Source of the DNA: Entomortierella parvispora E1425
Lineage: Eukaryota > Fungi > Mortierellomycota
DNA length: 64,000 nt
Direction of reading: 5' to 3'
NCBI GenBank assembly: GCA_020891255.1
Contig: BQFW01000015.1
Span: 248,001-312,000, forward strand
The first letter of the stretch is position 1. The number at the start of each line of letters is the position of its first letter. A program made the position numbers and the translations under genes. The notes under the pieces were generated by a model, which had not been told where the DNA came from, did no database searches, and saw nothing but the letters and a program-made list of their open reading frames with translations. This document shows positions 1 through 11,565 of the stretch, in pieces.

Positions 1-1417
1 ACTCTCGACGCTGACCGCCATAAGGACCTTGGCTACGGTCATAGCTGGGACGACGACCACCATGGTCTCCTTCGCGGTGGGGGCCAGGGGCACCCTGCCA
101 AAGGGGTGGATGAGGTCGTTCATGTGGATGTCTACTGGCTAAGTCGGGGTTGGCCGGGTATGGACCTGCAGGCGAGGGTTGTCCACGATTTGGCCATGCC
201 CTGTTGAAGTCTACTTCACCACGCTCGACCACACGTTCACGGTCACGTTCCCGTTCACGTTCCTTTTCCCGCTCCTTTTCCCGTTCGCGCTCCCGTTCAC
301 GTTCCTGTTTCTGATGCCATACATTCACTGGGGGAGCTGCTGGTTCCCGACGTGGTTCAACGACTTCTGGCTGCGGTACCGCAGCGGTTACGATAACGGA
401 TCCATCCGCGAACTCGATTGCTCCAGCATTCAAAAAGTCCATGCCTTCGTCATCATCAACCTATTGCCACAGATGTCATCGGTCAGTATTCGCTGAGCTA
501 AAAGTGAAAATGAGTTCTCGTATCAAACATAGCGGTTTTTACCTCATCCCAATTGTTTTCTGTAGAAAGGGTTGAAATGGACTTTGACATGACTTCGCTT
601 GTTGAAGTGGCAGGCGCGGATGTGGATGCGGGCGGCTAGAGGTAGATAATATGAGAGATATAAGAGATTCGCTAATCGTCAGTAACTGCACTTCAGAAGC
701 ACTCGCACTGCATGCCAAGGAGAGATGACATACCGTTGACTTTTTGGCCGTTGTTGGGCTACTGTTCGTGGCTGTGGTTGAGTTTGTGGTTGTTGTACTT
801 GAATGAGCGTGGTCTAGAAGTCAGGTGTCTCTATTAGTGGCGAAGTACAGAAAAGGTCCTTCGCCCTCTGTTGGAAAATCATGCACTTACCGTGATGTTC
901 GTGGTTTGACACCTTCTTGGCAGCCTCGGCGGCAGTCGGGTAGTCCTCTACGTGCGTCTCTGTCGAGGGGGCGACGACACCCCACGCCCTGGGCGCTGCT
1001 TTGTGAAGTGGCGAGCCGCCGAGAGTCTCTGGTTGTGGAGAATCGCCCAGAGAGGCCGTGCCTAGCTGTGGGCTTGTGCCCTCCACAGCAGGTGACGAGG
1101 AGGCGGATGTGGTTGTCAGAACGGCTGAGGAGGCGACCGTGGGCGAGCCCCAGCTGGATGCGGGCGATACCAGCGAGAATTCATGGCCCTTTTCCTGACG
1201 ACGACTTGGCAGGTTCATCGGAACAGGGGCAGAGACCTTGGCAGGCGACGCCTTTGGTCGGCCTGTTGTTTTGCACGGGGGGGGGAAAAGTGTTAGCATT
1301 CTTGGGCTTGCATTATTTTCAGGCACGTCCACCAAGACGCGTTTCCCTTTCGAGCGGACAAACAAGGTGGATTCAAATGCGAATAGGGAACTTGCCTTGG
1401 CTCCGGAAACTCTTCAT
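1..1417 (-). CDS. PRRC2/BAT2 N-terminal-domain protein (spliced, 3' end runs off the window; start codon uncertain)
   Basis: Exons approx. 1417-1396 (GC donor), 1264-891, 813-733, 636-543 and 460-1 join in phase. APVPMNLPSRRQEKGHEFSLVSPASSWGS matches the BAT2_N PPPANLPSLKAENKG...SLVP...GWAS motif. RAWGV...EDYPTAAEAA matches SWAQ...EEFPTLQAA. NNWDEVDDDEGMDFLNAGAIEFADG resembles the PRRC2 W...EEVDY...LKFSD motif and is followed by an RE-repeat coiled coil. Confidence 0.7.
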
Positions 1418-2928
1418 GGGCGTGTGTGGATTGGCTGGACGAGAAAATGTAATGAGGTCGATGTGCGGGTTGTGAATGACAAAGAAATGGAAAGGAATGT
1501 CTTTTTGACAAAAAGAGGAGAGGATTCTCTTCCTTTGTTTGTGCTTTGCTTTTGTTTAGCTCCGCCAAGGATCCTTTTTTCTTTTAAAAAGAGAGAAAGA
1601 GGCTTTACAACACAAACAAGAAGATAAAAAGAGAAGGAAAGTCGGGGAGGTGTCGGGTGGAATGGGTGATGGAAGAAAAGGAGGATATGTACAAAGGGGT
1701 CGACTGGATGGATGGAGCGTCGAGAAGGCTTGCTGATGTGGAATCGGAGGGACGGGCGAAAGGGAGGAAGAGAGAATGGGAGGGGATGGTGTCTCGATTC
1801 GATCCGCCAAGGGTTGCCGTTGTGGAAGGAAGGAAGGTGTGGATGGATGAAGAAAGGGTAGATGGACTGGACGGATTGACGGATGGATGGATTGGGTGGA
1901 TGTGGATTTTTTGGCGTCGCGATTGGCGCGTGACTGCTGCGTTGATTTGTCGCGTTTGTTCTGTGGGGATGACTGGCTGGGTGTGGTTGGCTGCGTTGAC
2001 TTGGAGGCATTGGAAGAGGTGAAGTGGACGGTACGAAACACAAAGGAAGCTGCAAGGAGCCAGTACGCCTATATCTTTACCCTGTTTTCCAGCTCTTGTG
2101 GCCGCTTTGCACTTTATACATTCCTTCTCTGCACGGTGAACAGCCAAGTAGCTCTGAACCTATCTAGCCAAGTTGATATAATATGTGCAACTGTTCCCCT
2201 TGATCGACCATGCCAGCATTTTTTTTAAACAGCTGCGGCCTCCGTGCTTGATTTCAGGATGGAATCGGTGGCAACAATAGGCCCAAGTGCCATCTCATCG
2301 GAGGTTACTTCTCCTTCGGGGGGACAATATCGGTAATCAAATCGTGGCCAAAATGATACATCTTTCATTCTTTTGTTTGGAAACAGGGCGCAGTTCATAC
2401 CTAACTACCACCGAATTGCAAGTGGCCTACATGACAAGATAGATTGAGGTAGAACGCTCTCTCTCTCGTCTCGCCTTCTCCTCTCTTGATCCTCCGCATT
2501 ATGGAACCTACTCCCAACAATGAATAGCTCTCCCACGGTCCCAGACGCGTGTCATGACGGACTCTTTCCCTAGGTTGGCCTGAGAACGAGGCTCCTCTTA
2601 TCGCGGTGGCGACTATCACGATTCCGAAGCAAGGATACTGAAAAGTGCAGATTGGAACCTGCTAAGTTTCCGAGAAGTACCATGGCCACCTTGAACCAAT
2701 TGGGCTCTGCTCCCCACCCCACCCCACCCCACCCCAAGGGAGCGGGGTATGTTGTCAAGAACAAATTTCCGAGAATACGTCATTTTCGGGGGACCATGTC
2801 CCCCAGGAAAAATGGGTGTCCAAAGTGAAGTTTATGGGGGGTTTTTTTCAGTAAAACTGCTATGACCACAAAAAAAAAAAAAAACTTTGTCGAAGAGGGT
2901 TTTTGAGTTCTATATTATCTCAGTTATT

Positions 2929-4014
2929 TCAAGCTCGGGAGGGACCAGGCTGGGGGATCGAGGTTGGTTCCTCACGCTGGACACCGTTCATGGTGTCTCG
3001 GACTCTGGAAATGCGCTCATAAACAATCTTTCTCATTCGGTTGATCGAACCCAAGGGGCGATGCTCTGGCAGAGCATGCCAAGGGTTAAAGGACAAGCGC
3101 TCGCCCAACTTGTTCAATTCCTCATCATCCACATCCTGTTGCAAGATGGTGAGCGTGGCCACTTCCACAAAGGGCGACTCTTTCTCTGACCACTCTCTCA
3201 TGGAATCCTCCACGTCCATATGAGGTCCCTTCCTGGGCTGCAACAGGAACCGGTACTCGACTGGACCCTTATTCAAACTGGCCTTGACAGCCTCGTGCAA
3301 GAAGTGATCTCCGGCCTTTGTAGGGAATGGGTCGACCGCGGAAGAAACGGGCTTGATGGAAAACTTGATAGCCAATCGTTCAGGTCCCAAACCAAGTTGA
3401 TAAGGTACAGCAGAAAAGTACTGGACCTGCAACGGGTTGCTAATCTTGCCTGAAGTCAAGATCCCGGCATTGATGGTACCCTTGAGACCAAGTATGAACG
3501 GGATAGTGGCCTTTTGGAGGACAGAACCTTGATTCTTGGTCACCAAGGCCAGGTACTTGTCCGCCATGTTGGTCACAAACATGGGGTGATTAATCATGAC
3601 GAAATCCTGGGTCTGTGCATGCTTGTCCGACTCCAGTATCTTCTCGCCTAGCACTCCAAGCAACTTGAACGCAAACCCTCGAGTGTCTGGATGGTTATCA
3701 GAAGTGGAAGCCTCGCCAGATCCGTTGGAGAGTCGGACGATGGCCTCGTACGATTTGCCAGGAATAAAGACACCGTGGGCAAACTGGCCAGGGATGTTCT
3801 CATTGACTTTGAAGACGGCGCGAAGGACGCCTGTGGAACGAGCATGGACGTCCCGTTTGAACTCGCCAGGCTGGTATTGTTTACGGATACCTTGCTCAAT
3901 GACGTTGGCCATCTCGGTGACAAGGCGAGCTTCATCAGGCTGGAGCTTCTCGCCCAGTTGCTCGTCAACGACGGGGTAGGGCACGTCGTGGGATGAATCT
4001 ACAGTGGTGGACAT
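2929..4014 (-). CDS. Small catalase-related heme protein (catalase-like peroxidase / allene oxide synthase-hydroperoxide lyase type), intronless, 361 aa
   Basis: ATG at 4014 (MSTTVDSS). Distal His motif RDVHAR, VRLSNG, RGFAFK, FSAVPY, LSFNPWHALPEHRPLGSINRMRKIVY (proximal Arg/Tyr). Lacks the C-terminal helical domain of classical catalases. Confidence 0.85.
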   Translation of the reverse strand: MSTTVDSSHDVPYPVVDEQLGEKLQPDEARLVTEMANVIEQGIRKQYQPGEFKRDVHARSTGVLRAVFKVNENIPGQFAHGVFIPGKSYEAIVRLSNGSGEASTSDNHPDTRGFAFKLLGVLGEKILESDKHAQTQDFVMINHPMFVTNMADKYLALVTKNQGSVLQKATIPFILGLKGTINAGILTSGKISNPLQVQYFSAVPYQLGLGPERLAIKFSIKPVSSAVDPFPTKAGDHFLHEAVKASLNKGPVEYRFLLQPRKGPHMDVEDSMREWSEKESPFVEVATLTILQQDVDDEELNKLGERLSFNPWHALPEHRPLGSINRMRKIVYERISRVRDTMNGVQREEPTSIPQPGPSRA

Positions 4015-4463
4015 GGTTCGCGCGGCGATGGTTTTTGCTTTGGGGTAGGAGGTAAAGGTGAATAGAGGACGATGTAAAGGTCTGACAGGAATGGAGTTCA
4101 AGCGTGGGAGCGAAATAAGAATTCGGAAAAGTGGGACAGAAGAGGAAAGAGACATCCGAGGAGGGGACATTTGTGCAATAAGGAAGGCGCGAGCAAAGGA
4201 AGAAAAGAGGATTGCAGGACGGGTTTTCTTGCCGCCAATAACGGCGATCCATTGCACGTGACCTTCGCCACCCATCTGGCTGAATGGTCGTGTGTCAACA
4301 GCGGATCGTGACACCGCGCGTCTCTTTGTGGCAAAACACCTCCGTCCAGATTCTTTTTTTCTTGGTCTCCCACCGTGGGGACTGGAGGAGGTTTCAAAGT
4401 GTTTGCTTGATCTAGCGTGAGACCCATGGGTCATTTTGGCGGATTCGTTCACCTGGCCTCTTT

Positions 4464-4976
4464 TTAGCCACTGGCGATGAGTCCACCCGCATTCAGGACG
4501 ACGATGGCAGGCGCCGCAGCGAATAAACAAGATACCCTTACAGATCCAACCCATGAAACACTTGAGGCATTCGTGTTTGGGAAGATTTGGCTGTCCAGGA
4601 AATACTCTTCAAATATGCCATAGCGCAGAGCAACACCCAAAGTCCAGATAATTAACCCTGGGGGTCTGCACTTTTTTTTTTTTTTTGAGTCTTACCAAAA
4701 GCTGATGATAATGGCCCCTGCGAGTACTACCCATCCATACCCGCCTTCAGGGTAATGCTGCTTTGACACGACTTCCAGGGTCACAAAAGTCTGAAGGGAA
4801 GACGTTTTGGTGACAGGTGATGCAGCACAGTCTACGGGTGTCGCCTTTTTCTGCAGAGCACTAGAAGCGTGAGCGGGATTGACTGGGCAGGCAACAGTTG
4901 AAGACAACTCGACTCCACTTTGTGACCATTTGTGAATGTCGGTGTGTGACAGAAAAAAACAGTCAAAGGAGGTCAA
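4464..4976 (-). pseudogene. Truncated MFS monocarboxylate-transporter-like (MCT) fragment
   Basis: YPEGGYGWVVLAGAIIISFW, then a GTAAGA donor, then TLGVALRYGIFEEYFLDSQIFPNTNASSVSWVGS, which is the MCT TM1-TM2 signature. The in-phase acceptor reads TATCTG instead of AG. A TAA stop at 4464-4466 follows after about 2-3 TMs, and there is no clear ATG. Confidence 0.55.
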
Positions 4977-5565
4977 TGAATGAAGAGGAAAGAGGGCAAG
5001 AAAGAGTCATTCTATAAATCTCGGGAAAGTGCTCAGACAACGAGGACAACCGAGAGATTTGGGAAAGGGCCCACAAGGCCACAGGAGATCGTGGCGCATC
5101 TTTCACCCCAGCGCTGGTCCCACCGCAGACGGATCGGAGGGATAAACAGCCCCGGTCCCTCCGGAGACCCGGAAACGAAGGGAGTCATAGTCGTAAGTCA
5201 ACTATAGTCCGAAGAAATGGCGCGGCGCCACAGCCCTTTGGTCTCCACCAGTGTTGAGATCAAGTAAAAAGTTTAGCGCACCGGGATCATAACTCATCTC
5301 GCCAACCGAGAGACGTTGGAAAAAAAAAATCGTTCACAGCAAGGCAGTGGAACTCCGCCGGTCCTGGACAGATGCAATTGAGATAGACAGTGAAGATGTA
5401 TTCACACGAGCGCGCAAAAGAGGGCTAAACAAAGAAGTGGGGGACTTGCAGACTAACAAGCAAGGGTAGATTGATGTAGGGCCTTATTCGGCAATGGGTG
5501 TGGTATGTGCACTTCTCAGTCAAAGTGTTCCACCAGAAAAAGAACAATCTTAAGGCATATCGCTC

Positions 5566-5886
5566 CTACATGGCAAATCCACCGTCTTTAAAGAACCAAG
5601 TGGGGCACTTGGCTCCGGGGTTTGTGGGCTTGGTAAAGCTGCATTGCCAGTGACCATTTCCACATCCTGTGCCAGATTCTTTCAATTTGTAGTAACCGCA
5701 TGTCTCCGACTTGGTGGTCACACAAAGGGCCGCCATTTGGTAAGGGCATGTGCAGCAGTACTCGCACTGGCCGTTCGCTTCTCCGCCCAATTTACAGGCG
5801 ATCTCTGCGGTAACGAGCAGCGAGAGTTGGGCCAAGGCGAAGAAGAGTCCAATAAAGAGCAGGCTCAAAGTTCCGTAGCGCGACAT
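5566..5886 (-). CDS. Small secreted cysteine-rich protein (106 aa, 10 Cys)
   Basis: MSRYGTLSLLFIGLFFALAQLSLLVTA is a signal-peptide-like N-terminus. The mature part has 10 Cys. Intronless CDS with an upstream TATAAAAA. Confidence 0.7.
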   Translation of the reverse strand: MSRYGTLSLLFIGLFFALAQLSLLVTAEIACKLGGEANGQCEYCCTCPYQMAALCVTTKSETCGYYKLKESGTGCGNGHWQCSFTKPTNPGAKCPTWFFKDGGFAM

Positions 5887-6104
5887 GTTGTATTGCAAAA
5901 CTGTGATCATTTTTCAGAAGACAGGGTTTAGAATTCAATGGATAACTTGACAGCAACACACAGTCTTGGCAAGAATTCAATGTGTCTTACAGTGGTAGCT
6001 CGAGAGTTGTTCAATGGTCAACTAGGGTGTACTTGTAGTCGCTGTGAGTGGTAGAAGTGAGTGTGAGATCGAGTTTTCTGGTCGAAGATGGTGGCAGCAT
6101 CGTC

Positions 6105-6112
6105 TTTTTATA
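6105..6112 (-). promoter_or_regulatory. Putative TATA box of the secreted Cys-rich gene
   Basis: TATAAAAA on the minus strand about 220 bp upstream of the ATG at 5886. Confidence 0.35.
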
Positions 6113-7612
6113 TGTTGAGGTGGTCGCGGGCAATATTCTTCCTGAGTTGAATGTCAGATCGGTTGGCAACGACAAGTCTCAGTGTGGTTCGTCGTCCTTG
6201 GAAAGATCACCTTTTGTCGGCTGCAGTGCAAGAACGCGTCTAAAAATAACAGACAGGGGGCATCTCCTGGCAAAATTTGTTGCATCCCTTCGCTGGCATA
6301 CTTGCTTTGTTTTCAACAGGAAATGGAGAGAGGGAGGACAGGGCCGCTATTCATCTTTTGTATTGAAGCCAACTCCACCATACCAACGCGTCCCACGATT
6401 TCCAACGCTTCTATCCAAAGGTGCGAATGCCCACCCTTCTTTTTATCGGTTCTTCTATGGCAGAGTCAATTGCGGCTGAATTTTCTGAAGTGTGTACTTT
6501 GGCGCTCAATAGATTGGCGTCCAGATGAACAGATACACCCCACAGGGATACTGGGAGAAGAGTGACGTCAGCAAGATGAAGCCTAAGCAGAATTACGAGA
6601 AAACGAAGGAACTGGGGCGTAGAATGCGTAATATGCAGGTATCCACATTAGGGGACAAGGACATGGGGAGCATTGTTTGGCAGGGGAAGGTTTCTTTGGA
6701 GAAACAATGGAATTGAAATCAAGGAAATTGAACAGGGATCGAAAGTGCTAGGACAACGCCAGGCATAACGTTGAGGCACGAAGCCGAAAAGACGGCACCA
6801 CAAGTACCTTCCAAGATGCACGACAGTACCAAAGGGGTTTAGGGTTCTCACGTACAGGACAAAAAAAAAAGCCAGGAGAGGCCCGCCGCTGACTTGTGGT
6901 CAGGCACTCGCAACCACATTACTTTTTGGTCCTTCAGCATCAAAGGTTCCCCTCCTTCGAATTATCGCGATGCTAACCCCCCGTGCCACTCTCCTTTGGC
7001 GAATTCCAATGGTTAATGACTGCACGGGCTAGTGGTGTATGGATTGATTTCAACCGATTAGCCGGGAAAACCAATTTCAATGATCTCGTTGCCGGAATCT
7101 TCTCCCTTTGTGACTCTTCAACACCTAGGCGACCCCTTTCTCACTCCTCATCTAGCGCCATACCAAGGAGTACAGAACTGGAGACTTGTGCCCACCGCTC
7201 CACCTTAAACCTTGTTTAAAGACTCCACCGATTTTTATCGGCCAACCCCAGGATTGCATTTTGAACCCTGGGTCCAAACATACTTGATCGCTACCAACGG
7301 TAGCAAAGGCCAAACTGAACCATGTCATCATTTCGCTACAGTTGCAATTTCCTCAGCATCAGCCGCCAAATCGGTCTGCAAGGTCAACTAAATGAACTGG
7401 AAATAATTTTTGATGCGCGATATTGGACCGTTTGTTGAGGTCATGTGTAGAGTGGAGTGGAAGGCTGAGTTGGAGGCCAGGTGAGAGGCTCAGTGAGTCG
7501 AACCTCGGAAACAATCGCAAAATATAGGGGCTGGTGAAGGACATGTTTTTTGGGGGGTATCAAACCATCTCGGGCTTAGGTTTATTGTTTCCGTTTCTCT
7601 AGATTGTTGTTT

Positions 7613-9592
7613 TTAGACATCAAAGTTCTCATAGATGTTGCCAAACTTGCAAAACTTTGCGTACGCATCTGTGCCGTAGCCGTGCATCGTGAACACCTTG
7701 AGATCGCCTCCCCAGTATTCGGCATAGACTCTGCTCATGGGCAAACCAATTCCCAGATGCATCGATTGATCCTGCTGTCGCGACTCGATGGGGATATCCA
7801 GGTGCCCCTCTTTTTTGCTTGGGCATGGCTGCAGACTTGGGTCAATGACAGTCACATTTTCATGTTTGTGGGACAAGGTCGAGTAGGAGGACGATGCTGC
7901 AGATTTCTGGTGACTCCTGGAGGGTGCATGGCGATCCAACAACAGCGTTGACTCGTTACTGGCGGAAAAACTGGTGCCGTGGAGGTATCCCGAGTCATTG
8001 ATCTTGCTGCGGGCAGAGGGTGGTGGTGGCAGCACAATACCCTCATCGGATTCATGGGGAATATCGTCTTGTCCTCCTGCATTCACGCTCCTGGACGGTG
8101 ACACCATCTGTTCCTGAACCGTGGCTGCCATCTTGGAGATCTTTTCAAAGTTTGCAAACCGAGCCGGGGACTGTGAATACGACCAAAGGTGGGACTCCAT
8201 GTCGGGATGGATTCCGCCGCCTTTGTCAGAAATACGGAAGACAATGTCATGGGTGCCCTCGCAGACTGTGATTTGGATCGGGGGCAATTGGCCCGTCTTG
8301 GGATCGACTTTTCCATTCTCCATCACGAATCGCATCGAGTTCTTGAGCAACTCGTAAAGGATATACTCGATATGGTCCGGGATATAAGAAAACTCGGCAT
8401 CCATTGCTCCATCCAGAATGACCTTGGGTGGCTCCTTGCCCGGGGCTGCCAGTCGACACGTCTCTGCAGCCAAGAGGGCCGTCCGTTCAACAATGTCCTT
8501 GGGGTTGCAGTGGGTATAGATGATCCCGATAAAGCCTCGGTCTGCCATCATATGGTTCGGACTGTTGAAGTTGGTCGTCAAGGACAGATGCTGTTCAGCC
8601 AAAACTCGGCGCGAGATCCTCGACCGCAACATCTTGTTCATGAACTGGTCCACTTGAGCTCCGTCGATATGCTTGGCGCTCTCCATGATCCCGAGAGCCA
8701 ACTGAGGGATCACGACCAAATGGTCGCTCAACAAATCCTTGACTAGTTCGCAGAACGCATCGTTTTCTTCCAGTGTCTGGATCTCCTTGACCTGTCGCAA
8801 CCTATCAAAGGCCTGCCAGTACAGGTCATACACCAGCTCGATATGGGGGTTTGTGCCCACAATAAACGGCAGGTTTTGGAAATCCCGGATCCTGTGTGCA
8901 AGTCGGACGGGCAGCTCTGTCCGAACATAGTTGGCGGACTTTAGGAGCTTGTCTTCTTGCATATTACGACCGAAAAACACCAGCTGACGCAGGGTAATCG
9001 GGTTCACGGCCTGGTTCACGTAGGGATCCAAGATTCTGTTTTGGTAAAAGTGCTGTGGACTGCGTCGCCTTGCCTGCGGCGCCTTCACGATGGAGGCAGG
9101 GTTGTTCATCCGGTAAAGTGGAGACGACTGTGGTGATACTGCGGCTGCGGCTGCTGTTGTTGTTTTCGTCGTGGCGGTAGTCGTCTTTGGCAGAGAAGCT
9201 GCCGATGCAGGCGTATGCGACGAGTGAGGTGGGTTGTGGCTATGGAGGGGATTGAGCGCGGCATGCTGTCGTGCTGAGAGCTGTGGTGGTGGAGTAGTTG
9301 GAGCAGTGGCGGTGGCCAAGTGACTGTAAGCGTGTTTTGAACAAGGTTGGGTGACACCAATGGCGGATGAGGACGAGGACAAGGGGGTGCAGGGCCGATT
9401 CCTGATAACGATCCGACGCTGTCCGAGTGTGGTTGGTGCTGTGGAGTGGAAGAGCGCGTGGGGGCAGGCATTGGAGAAGCGCGGGCAGGACCTTGACCGG
9501 GCAGTATTGGCAGAGGTCGAGGCGGAGAGAAGGGAGTGGGTGCGGCCCCGGATCGAGCAGAGCGTGCTCGCGGTTCTTGAGGTCATGGCCAT
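7613..9592 (-). CDS. Mitochondrial pyruvate/branched-chain ketoacid dehydrogenase kinase (PDK/BCKDK, Pkp2-like), 659 aa
   Basis: Arg/Ser-rich presequence from MAMTSR. BCDHK_Adom3 motifs (ITLRQLVFFG, ELPVRLAHRIRDFQNLPF). GHKL boxes ELLKNS, RISDKGGGI and GIGLPMSRVYAEYWGG. Confidence 0.92.
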   Translation of the reverse strand: MAMTSRTASTLCSIRGRTHSLLSASTSANTARSRSCPRFSNACPHALFHSTAPTTLGQRRIVIRNRPCTPLSSSSSAIGVTQPCSKHAYSHLATATAPTTPPPQLSARQHAALNPLHSHNPPHSSHTPASAASLPKTTTATTKTTTAAAAAVSPQSSPLYRMNNPASIVKAPQARRRSPQHFYQNRILDPYVNQAVNPITLRQLVFFGRNMQEDKLLKSANYVRTELPVRLAHRIRDFQNLPFIVGTNPHIELVYDLYWQAFDRLRQVKEIQTLEENDAFCELVKDLLSDHLVVIPQLALGIMESAKHIDGAQVDQFMNKMLRSRISRRVLAEQHLSLTTNFNSPNHMMADRGFIGIIYTHCNPKDIVERTALLAAETCRLAAPGKEPPKVILDGAMDAEFSYIPDHIEYILYELLKNSMRFVMENGKVDPKTGQLPPIQITVCEGTHDIVFRISDKGGGIHPDMESHLWSYSQSPARFANFEKISKMAATVQEQMVSPSRSVNAGGQDDIPHESDEGIVLPPPPSARSKINDSGYLHGTSFSASNESTLLLDRHAPSRSHQKSAASSSYSTLSHKHENVTVIDPSLQPCPSKKEGHLDIPIESRQQDQSMHLGIGLPMSRVYAEYWGGDLKVFTMHGYGTDAYAKFCKFGNIYENFDV

Positions 9593-10103
9593 GGTGTGTA
9601 TGTGGGGTATATAGAAAGAAAAGAAGGGTATCGTCTCGTGTGGAGGAGTGAATGTGGAGCGGGAGAGCGGCAATGGAGACAAAGAAGGGTGATGGCGTAG
9701 CAGGAGAGGAAAGAGATGAGGAATGGGAAGCAATGAGCAAAGGAAGATGAGGAAAGAGAGAAGAAAGAGAAGGAGAACAAAGAAGCGACGAAGGAAGGAG
9801 AACAAAGGGGAGACGCTATAAAGATAACGGACATCGCAACCATCGGCGAAACGCGAATGGACCAACAGAGGCGCAGATCGGACCAGGCTTGATTTCATGT
9901 GCAAATCATAAATGACAAAGTGACTCAGTTGACGCAGTTGGACAGAGTTGGACAGAGTTGGACAGAGCTGACCAGGGGTGCTCTTCATGGTCCGCTGGTC
10001 ATTCATTCACTCCGTCAACTCAGTCACTTTTATCAGGTTGCTGGGTGGGCCACACGCACCAGAGCATGGGGAACCACTCCCACCCTTACTCGCGATCCTC
10101 AAT

Positions 10104-10127
10104 TGCTTGCTTGCTTGCTTGCTTGCT
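10104..10127. repeat. (TGCT)6 microsatellite
   Basis: Direct reading. Confidence 0.9.
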
Positions 10128-11565
10128 CGCATGTCTGCTGGGTTGTTTGTTGGCTCACTCGTTTGAAATTAATGGATCGCCTGGTTGCTTACCTTACCAT
10201 CGCCGAGCCGGCTCAATTGGACAAACATACACCTGAGCGACATGGATCTGTTCCTTTCTTGCTTTTGTCCAACCGTTTGTGCCTGTTCTGTCTCTTTCTG
10301 TGTCCGTCTCATCCTCTCATTTCCACAACAACAATCCGCCCTGAGACGGACCCACGTCTTGCACCTGTGGTAAGGATTTCGGATGATAGAATCCGCACAA
10401 CACACGTCCCCATGGTCTTGTTCATGCATTTCAGCAGCACAACCCACAAATCCTTCCCTTCCTAAACTGATCGGACGAACTTCCGATAATGAGCTCTTTT
10501 GGGAGCACGAACCCTTCATCTTTGGTGGGCACAGTCCAGGTTCGGTCTTGCCTGCGGTTCTGTTTCGGTCCTGCTTCCATTTTTGACTGCAAATGGGTTC
10601 TAATCATTCACCGATGATGTACTACCAGCAGCTTTGCTCTGAAATCTTTTATTTATTTTCTCCCATCCGTCATTGGACAAACGGGGCTCAAATGCATATG
10701 CTGTTGTCGACGTTTGTTATCGTGATCTCAACGTCGATCATGCCCGTAGAACAGCATCTTCATGTGCGATGATGTCTCTTTTTTTGGAGAACGAAAAAAG
10801 AAAATGACGCCTCCTGAGTTGTTCCCAAGTTCCTGGGTACCCAAGGCAAAGAAGACCATGATCTCATGGTCCGTGTTCCCTGATCATGGTAGGTGAGTGC
10901 AATCATCTGCCTTATCTTTCGTGCGTCTGGGCGATTTCTGTGGAGAGATCGGGGTCCGTCGTTTACAATTTTTTTTAAAAAGAAAACCACCTCAATTTGC
11001 GGAGAAGAGGGGGTGGGGGGATATCTTTGCGTTACTGTGTAATCAGTAGCGGTGCTGTCGGTCGTTGCCCTTTTTTTTGGATTCACACAAACTCATCAAA
11101 CTCATCATCCTTCAACTGCTTTGATGCTTGACCGCCTCCGTCTCCCCTGGAGTTGACTTTTAGCAACCCATCTGTTGAACAGACAAGTAATCAAAGATAG
11201 GAGAATGGGGAGAGAAAAGGGCGGCAACATCTATCCCGAGGATGGAGTGGAGATGGCGCCGCTTTTGTTCCCCTATCCTTCTCCACGCTCCTCCCTCTGT
11301 TTTCAATTAGGGGAAGCAAGTACAAGGCCAGAATGCACAATTAGAGCGGTAACCCACAAAACAGGGGATGAAAGTTACCGCTGCATTTGCATAGAGTGAA
11401 AGATCTTAAAAGAACAAGTCCAGAACCAGGAGAGGCGGGTGGTTGTCACGTCTTTGCTACATTTCTACGAGTTTATTGTTGTTTGCAGGATATACGTCTA
11501 TGATTGTATTGTCGATCTCACTCTTCACCGTGCTTGTATCCTATCTATGCCTTCCTCACCGCTGT

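Noticed and set aside
179-2228. Plus-strand ORFs 179-496, 825-1475 and several ORFs at 1238-2228
   Set aside because: Antisense shadows of the PRRC2-like exons, or low-complexity purine/pyrimidine-rich promoter sequence with no protein-like content.
4015-4554. 180-aa N-terminal extension of the catalase-like ORF
   Set aside because: Open by chance through a pyrimidine-rich 5' region. Homology begins after the ATG at 4014.
6790-6835. Minus-strand peptide PLVLSCILEGTCGAVFS resembling the Crinkler header start
   Set aside because: Preceded by a stop, no ATG, and no downstream LW/VQ motifs. Probably coincidence.
9593-10006. N-terminal extension of the PDK ORF
   Set aside because: Phe/Leu/Ser-rich translation of a CT-rich leader. 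MAMTSR at 9592 starts a typical mitochondrial presequence.
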